Assembly (NCBI GenBank): GCA_964016885.1
Contig: OZ024754.1
Span: forward strand, 19,902,001 to 19,966,000
DNA: 64,000 nucleotides
Source: Eledone cirrhosa
Lineage: Eukaryota
Direction of reading: 5' to 3'
This document shows positions 56,101-64,000 of the stretch, piece after piece. A program made the translations under genes and the position numbers. Position 1 is the first letter of the stretch, and each line of letters starts with the position of its first letter. The notes under the pieces were generated by a model. That model made no database searches, was not told where the DNA came from, and saw only the letters and a list, made by a program, of their open reading frames with translations.

Positions 56101-57270
56101 TGTACAACTGTGTCTAAAATTACTCTTCCATGATATAGTTACTTTAGTTTCAACACAATCTCAGATCAAGTCACTGGCCAGACATTTACAACTGTGGCTA
56201 AAATGACTCTTCCATGATATAGTTACTTTAGTTTCAACACAATCTCAGATCAAGTCACTGGCCAGACATGTACAACTGTGGCTAAATGACTCTTCCATGA
56301 TATAGTTACTTTAGTTTCAACACAGTTTCAGATCAAGTCACTTGCCAGACATGTACAACTGTGGCTAAAATGACTCTTCCATGATATAGTTACTTTAGTT
56401 TCAACACAGTCTCAGATCAAGTCACTTACCAGCCATGTACAACTGTGGCTAAAATGACTTTTCCATGATATAGTTACATTAGTTTCAACACAATCTCAGA
56501 TCAAGTCACTTACCAGACATGTACAACTGTGGCTAAAATGACTCTTCCATGATATAGTTACTTTAGTTTCAACACAGTTTCAGATGGAATCACTTGCTAG
56601 ACATGTACAACTGTGGCTAAAATGATTCTTCCATGATATAGTTACTTTAGTTTCAACACAGTCACAGATCAAGTCACTTGCCAGACATGTACAACTGTGG
56701 CTAAAATGACTCTTCCATGATATAGTTACTTTAGTTTCAACACAGTCTCAGATCAAGTCACTTACCAGACATGTACAACTGTGGCTAAAATGACTCTTCC
56801 ATGATATGGAGACGTTAGATTCAACACAGTCACAGAACAAGTCTCTTGCCAGACATGTACAACTGTGGCTAAAATGACTCTTCCATGACATAGTTACTTT
56901 AGTTTCAACATAATCACAGATCAAGTCACTTGCCAGACATGTACAACTGTGGCTAAAATGAGTCTTCCATGACATAGTTACTTTAGTTTCAACATAGTCA
57001 CAGATCAAATCACTTGCCAGACATGTACAACTGTGGCTAAAATGACTCTTCCATGATATAGTTACTTTAGTTTCAAAACAGTCTCAGATCAAGTCACTTG
57101 CCAGACATGTACAACTGTGGCTAAAATGACTCTTCCATGATATAGTTACTTTAGTTTCAACACAGTCTCAGATCAAGTCACTTACCAGACATGTACAACT
57201 GTGGCTAAAATGATTCTTCCATGATATAGTTACTTTAGTTTCAACACAGTTTCAGATCAAGTCACTTGCC
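53200..57270. repeat. 24-monomer (2,015-bp) tandem duplication (14-mer + 10-mer)
   Basis: Marker blocks at 53558/55573 and 54733/56748 are each 2,015 bp apart. Successive spacings are 1175, 840 and 1175. Confidence 0.8.
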
Positions 57271-60200
57271 AGACAAGTACAACTGTGGCTAAAATTACTC
57301 TTCCATGATATAGTTACTTTAGTTTCAACACAATCTCAGATCAAGTCACTGGCCAGACATTTACAACTGTGGCTAAAATGACTCTTCCATGATATAGTTA
57401 CTTTAGTTTCAACACAATCTCAGATCAAGTCACTGGCCAGACATGTACAACTGTGGCTAAATGACTCTTCCATGATATAGTTACTTTAGTTTCAACACAG
57501 TTTCAGATCAAGTCACTTGCCAGACATGTACAACTGTGGCTAAAATGACTCTTCCATGATATAGTTACTTTAGTTTCAACACAGTCTCAGATCAAGTCAC
57601 TTGCCAGACATGTACAACTGTGGCTAAAATGACTTTTCTATGATATAGTTACTTTAGTTTCAGCACAATCTCAGATCAAGTCACTTACCAGGGATGTACA
57701 ACTGTGGCTAAAATGACTCTTCCAATATATAGTTACTTTAGTTTCAACACAGTTTCAGATCAAATCACTTGCCAGACATGTACAACTGTGGCTAAAATGA
57801 CTCTTCCATGCTATAGTTACTTTAGTTTCAACACAATCTCAGATCAAGTCACTTGCCAGACATGTACAACTGTGGCTAAAATGACTCTTCCAAGATATAG
57901 TTACTTTAGTTTCAACACAGTCTCAGACCAAGTCACTTGCCAGACATGTACAACTGTGGCTAAAATGACTCTTCCATGATATAGTTACATTAGTTTCAAC
58001 ACAATCTCAGATCAAGTCACTTGCCAGACATGTACAACCGTGGCTAAAATGACTCTTCCATGATATACTTACTTTAGTTTCAACACAATCTCAGATCAAG
58101 TCACTTGCCAGACATGTACAACTGTGGCTAAAAGTACTTTTCCTTGGTATAGTTACTTTAGTTTCAACACAATCTCTGATCAAGTCACTTTCCAGACATG
58201 TACAACTGTGGATAAAATGACTTTTCTATGATATAGTTACTTTAGTTTCAACACAGTCTTAGATGAAGTCACTTGGCAGACTGTGGCTAAAATGACTATT
58301 CCATGATATAGTTACATTAGTTTCAACATAGTCTCAGATCAAGTCACTTGCCAGACATGTACAACTTTGGCTAAAATGACTCTTCCATGATATAGTTACC
58401 TTAGTTTCAACACAGTCTCAGATCATGTTACTTGCTAGACATGTACAACTGTGGCTAAAATGACTCTTCCTTGGTATAGTTACTTTAGTTTCAACACAAT
58501 CTCAGATCAAGTCACTTGCCAGACATGTACAACTGTGGCTAAAATGACTCTTCCATGATATAGTTACTTTAGTTTCAACACAGTTTCCGATCAAGTCACT
58601 TGCCAGACATGTACAACTGTGGCTAAAATGACTCTTCCATGATATAGTTACTTTAGTTTCAACACAGTCTCAGATCAAGTCACTTACCAGCCATGTACAA
58701 CTGTGGCTAAAATGACTTTTCCATGATATAGTTACATTAGTTTCAACACAATCTCAGATCAAGTCACTTACCAGACATGTACAACTGTGGCTAAAATGAC
58801 TCTTCCATGATATAGTTACTTTAGTTTCAACACAGTTTCAGATGGAATCACTTGCTAGACATGTACAACTGTGGCTAAAATGATTCTTCCATGATATAGT
58901 TACTTTAGTTTCAACACAGTCACAGATCAAGTCACTTGCCAGACATGTACAACTGTGGCTAAAATGACTCTTCCATGATATAGTTACTTTAGTTTCAACA
59001 CAGTCTCAGATCAAGTCACTTACCAGACATGTACAACTGTGGCTAAAATGACTCTTCCATGATATGGAGACGTTAGATTCAACACAGTCACAGAACAAGT
59101 CTCTTGCCAGACATGTACAACTGTGGCTAAAATGACTCTTCCATGACATAGTTACTTTAGTTTCAACATAATCACAGATCAAGTCACTTGCCAGACATGT
59201 ACAACTGTGGCTAAAATGAGTCTTCCATGACATAGTTACTTTAGTTTCAACATAGTCACAGATCAAATCACTTGCCAGACATGTACAACTGTGGCTAAAA
59301 TGACTCTTCCATGATATAGTTACTTTAGTTTCAAAACAGTCTCAGATCAAGTCACTTGCCAGACATGTACAACTGTGGCTAAAATGACTCTTCCATGATA
59401 TAGTTACTTTAGTTTCAACACAGTCTCAGATCAAGTCACTTACCAGACATGTACAACTGTGGCTAAAATGATTCTTCCATGATATAGTTACTTTAGTTTC
59501 AACACAGTTTCAGATCAAGTCACTTGCCAGACATGTACAACTGTGTCTAAAATTACTCTTCCATGATATAGTTACTTTAGTTTCAACACAATCTCAGATC
59601 AAGTCACTGGCCAGACATTTACAACTGTGGCTAAAATGACTCTTCCATGATATAGTTACTTTAGTTTCAACACAATCTCAGATCAAGTCACTGGCCAGAC
59701 ATGTACAACTGTGGCTAAATGACTCTTCCATGATATAGTTACTTTAGTTTCAACACAGTTTCAGATCAAGTCACTTGCCAGACATGTACAACTGTGGCTA
59801 AAATGACTCTTCCATGATATAGTTACTTTAGTTTCAACACAGTCTCAGATCAAGTCACTTGCCAGACATGTACAACTGTGGCTAAAATGACTTTTCTATG
59901 ATATAGTTACTTTAGTTTCAGCACAATCTCAGATCAAGTCACTTACCAGGGATGTACAACTGTGGCTAAAATGACTCTTCCAATATATAGTTACTTTAGT
60001 TTCAACACAGTTTCAGATCAAGTCACTTGCCAGACATGTACAACTGTGGCTAAAATGACTCTTCCATGCTATAGTTACTTTAGTTTCAACACAATCTCAG
60101 ATCAAGTCACTTGCCAGACATGTACAACTGTGGCTAAAATGACTCTTCCATGATATAGTTACTTTAGTTTCAACACAGTCTCAGACCAAGTCACTTGCCA

Positions 60201-63200
60201 GACATGAACAACTGTGGCTAAAATGACTTTTCTATGATATAGTGACTTCAGTTTCAACACAGTTTCAGATCAAGTCACTTGCCAGACATGTACAACTATG
60301 GCTAAAATGACTCTTCCATGATATAGAGACTTTAGTTTCAACACAGTCACAGAACAAGTCAGTTGCCAGACATGTACAACTATGGCTAAAATGACTCTTC
60401 CATGATATAGTTACTTTAGTTTCAACACAATCTCAGAACAAGTCACTTGCCAGACACGTACAACTGTGGCTAAAATGACTCTTCCATGATATAGTTATTT
60501 AGTTTCAACACAGTCACAGATCAAGTCACTTGCCAGACATGTACAACTGTGGCTAAAATGACTCTTCCATGATATAGTTACTTTAGTTTCAACACAGTCA
60601 CAGATCAAGTCACTTGCCAGACATGTACAACTGTGGCTAAAATGACTCTTCCAATATATAGTTACTTTAGTTTCAACACAGTTTCAGATCAAGTCACTTG
60701 CCAGACATGTACAACTGTCGCTCAAGTGAATCTTCCATGATATATTTACTTTAGTTTCAACACAGTCACAGATCAAGTCACTTGCCAGACATGTACAACT
60801 GTGGCTAAAATGACTCTTCCATGATATAGTTACTTTAGTTTCAACACAGTCACAGATCAAGTCACTTGCCAGACATGTACAACTGTGGCTAAAATGACTC
60901 TTCCATGATATAGTTACTTTAGTTTCAACACAATTTCAGATCAAGTCACTTGCCAGACATGTACAACTGTGGTTAAATGACTCTTCCATGATATAGTTAC
61001 TTTAGTTTCAACACAGTTTCAGATCAGGTCACTTGCCAAACATGAACAACTGTGGCTAAAATGACTCTTCCATGATATACTTACTTTAGTTTCAACACAA
61101 TCTCAGATCAAGTCACTTGCCAGACATGTACAACTGTGGCTAAAATGACTCTTCCATGATATAGTTACTTTAGTTTCAACACAGTCACAGATCAAGTCAC
61201 TTGCCAGACATGTACAACTGTGGCTAAAATGACTCTTCCATGATATAGTTACTTTAGTTTCAACACAATCTCAGATCAAGTCACTTGCCAGACATGTACA
61301 ACTGTGGTTAAATGACTCTTCCATGATATAGTTACTTTAGTTTCAACACAGTTTCAGATCAGGTCACTTGCCAAACATGAACAACCGTGGCTAAAATGAC
61401 TCTTCCATGATATACTTACTTTAGTTTCAACACAATCTCAGATCAAGTCACTTGCCAGACATGTACAACTGTGGCTAAAAGTACTTTTCCTTGGTATAGT
61501 TACTTTAGTTTCAACACAATCTCTGATCAAGTCACTTTCCAGACATGTACAACTGTGGATAAAATGACTTTTCTATGATATAGTTACTTTAGTTTCAACA
61601 CAGTCTTAGATGAAGTCACTTGGCAGACTGTGGCTAAAATGACTATTCCATGATATAGTTACATTAGTTTCAACATAGTCTCAGATCAAGTTACTTGCCA
61701 GACATGTACAACTGTGGCTAAAATGACTCTTCCATGACATAGTTACTTTAGTTTCAACACAGTCTCAGATCAAGTCACTTGCCAGACATGTACAACTTTG
61801 GCTAAAATGACTCTTCCATGATATAGTTACCTTAGTTTCAACACAGTCTCAGATCATGTTACTTGCTAGACATGTACAACTGTGGCTAAAATGACTCTTC
61901 CTTGGTATAGTTACTTTAGTTTCAACACAATCTCAGATCAAGTCACTTGCCAGACATGTACAACTGTGGCTAAAATGACTCTTCCATGATATAGTTACTT
62001 TAGTTTCAACACAGTTTCCAATCAAGTCACTTGCCAGACATGTACAACTGTGGCTAAAATGACTCTTCCATGATATAGTTACTTTAGTTTCAACACAGTC
62101 TCAGATCAAGTCACTTACCAGCCATGTACAACTGTGGCTAAAATGACTTTTCCATGATATAGTTACATTAGTTTCAACACAATCTCAGATCAAGTCACTT
62201 ACCAGACATGTACAACTGTGGCTAAAATGACTCTTCCATGATATAGTTACTTTAGTTTCAACACAGTTTCAGATGGAATCACTTGCTAGACATGTACAAC
62301 TGTGGCTAAAATGATTCTTCCATGATATAGTTACTTTAGTTTCAACACAGTCACAGATCAAGTCACTTGCCAGACATGTACAACTGTGGCTAAAATGACT
62401 CTTCCATGATATAGTTACTTTAGTTTCAACACAGTCTCAGATCAAGTCACTTACCAGACATGTACAACTGTGGCTAAAATGACTCTTCCATGATATGGAG
62501 ACGTTAGATTCAACACAGTCACAGAACAAGTCTCTTGCCAGACATGTACAACTGTGGCTAAAATGACTCTTCCATGACATAGTTACTTTAGTTTCAACAT
62601 AATCACAGATCAAGTCACTTGCCAGACATGTACAACTGTGGCTAAAATGAGTCTTCCATGACATAGTTACTTTAGTTTCAACATAGTCACAGATCAAATC
62701 ACTTGCCAGACATGTACAACTGTGGCTAAAATGACTCTTCCATGATATAGTTACTTTAGTTTCAAAACAGTCTCAGATCAAGTCACTTGCCAGACATGTA
62801 CAACTGTGGCTAAAATGACTCTTCCATGATATAGTTACTTTAGTTTCAACACAGTCTCAGATCAAGTCACTTACCAGACATGTACAACTGTGGCTAAAAT
62901 GATTCTTCCATGATATAGTTACTTTAGTTTCAACACAGTTTCAGATCAAGTCACTTGCCAGACAAGTACAACTGTGGCTAAAATTACTCTTCCATGATAT
63001 AGTTACTTTAGTTTCAACACAATCTCAGATCAAGTCACTGGCCAGACATTTACAACTGTGGCTAAAATGACTCTTCCATGATATAGTTACTTTAGTTTCA
63101 ACACAATCTCAGATCAAGTCACTGGCCAGACATGTACAACTGTGGCTAAATGACTCTTCCATGATATAGTTACTTTAGTTTCAACACAGTTTCAGATCAA

Positions 63201-64000
63201 GTCACTTGCCAGACATGTACAACTGTGGCTAAAATGACTCTTCCATGATATAGTTACTTTAGTTTCAACACAGTCTCAGATCAAGTCACTTGCCAGACAT
63301 GTACAACTGTGGCTAAAATGACTTTTCTATGATATAGTTACTTTAGTTTCAGCACAATCTCAGATCAAGTCACTTACCAGGGATGTACAACTGTGGCTAA
63401 AATGACTCTTCCAATATATAGTTACTTTAGTTTCAACACAGTTTCAGATCAAATCACTTGCCAGACATGTACAACTGTGGCTAAAATGACTCTTCCATGC
63501 TATAGTTACTTTAGTTTCAACACAATCTCAGATCAAGTCACTTGCCAGACATGTACAACTGTGGCTAAAATGACTCTTCCAAGATATAGTTACTTTAGTT
63601 TCAACACAGTCTCAGACCAAGTCACTTGCCAGACATGTACAACTGTGGCTAAAATGACTCTTCCATGATATAGTTACTTTAGTTTCAACACAATCTCAGA
63701 TCAAGTCACTTGCCAGACATGTACAACCGTGGCTAAAATGACTCTTCCATGATATACTTACTTTAGTTTCAACACAATCTCAGATCAAGTCACTTGCCAG
63801 ACATGTACAACTGTGGCTAAAAGTACTTTTCCTTGGTATAGTTACTTTAGTTTCAACACAATCTCTGATCAAGTCACTTTCCAGACATGTACAACTGTGG
63901 ATAAAATGACTTTTCTATGATATAGTTACTTTAGTTTCAACACAGTCTTAGATGAAGTCACTTGGCAGACTGTGGCTAAAATGACTATTCCATGATATAG

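Larger units (their letters stand above)
1..64000. repeat. 84-bp tandem satellite array (~760 monomers, runs off both window edges)
   Basis: ATATAGTTAC recurs at 1, 85, 169, 252, 336, 420 and so on to the end. Monomers differ from the consensus by only a few substitutions plus recurrent 1-bp and 9-bp deletions. I saw no unique sequence or inversion. Confidence 0.99.
26597..64000. repeat. Satellite domain B (variant family B), with variable-length HORs
   Basis: Diagnostic variants are ATATGGAGACGT, CCTTGGTATAG, the 75-bp monomer CTTGGCAGACTGTGG, GATCATGTTACTTGCTAG, CAGCCATG, AAAGTACTTTTCC and CAACATAG. The marker block recurs 15 times (minus-strand ORF-track hits 30125 to 62437). Confidence 0.9.

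Noticed and set aside
51300-59266. Mirror-symmetric spacing 27-14-10-14-27 suggesting an inversion
   Set aside because: All monomers keep the same orientation, and direct nested duplications explain the pattern.
26785-62697. Sixteen 86-114-aa minus-strand ORFs (MICDYVETK...)
   Set aside because: They arise where 3-4 consecutive TCACAG-variant monomers lack the TGA. They start at non-ATG codons and have no recognisable domain, so they are period artefacts useful only as HOR markers.
44730-63668. Six 63-91-aa plus-strand ORFs (MAKMTLP...)
   Set aside because: These are the same artefact, with TGA mutated in 2-3 adjacent monomers and no gene context.
1-64000. CRISPR array
   Set aside because: There are no unique spacers (the whole 84 bp is repeated) and no cas genes or leader.
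1-64000. Giant intact repeat or zinc-finger (PRDM9-like) CDS, including under an alternative genetic code
   Set aside because: Every frame has consensus stops. Frameshifting 83-bp monomers are frequent (the first is at 169-251), TAG and TAA variants occur, and there is no C2H2 consensus.

Overview
The whole 64-kb window is one uninterrupted, head-to-tail, single-orientation tandem array of about 760 copies of an 84-bp monomer (~38% GC, no CpG in the consensus): ATATAGTTACTTTAGTTTCAACACAGTCTCAGATCAAGTCACTTGCCAGACATGTACAACTGTGGCTAAAATGACTCTTCCATG. It looks like satellite DNA, probably eukaryotic and possibly (peri)centromeric, but the host and function cannot be determined from the sequence. 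I found no genes, RNA genes, transposon insertions or CRISPR spacers. The ORF-track entries are artefacts of the 28-codon period. The informative structure is the ordering of monomer variants. There are two domains with largely exclusive variant sets, meeting at a unique 6-bp duplication (~26,590). Within them are nested higher-order repeats (HORs): a 58-mer in domain A and variable 10-49-monomer units in domain B. There is also a probable single-monomer conversion tract and a foldback (dyad) architecture in the monomer. I cannot support a novel gene system here. All coordinates and offsets were counted by hand, and breakpoints are approximate.
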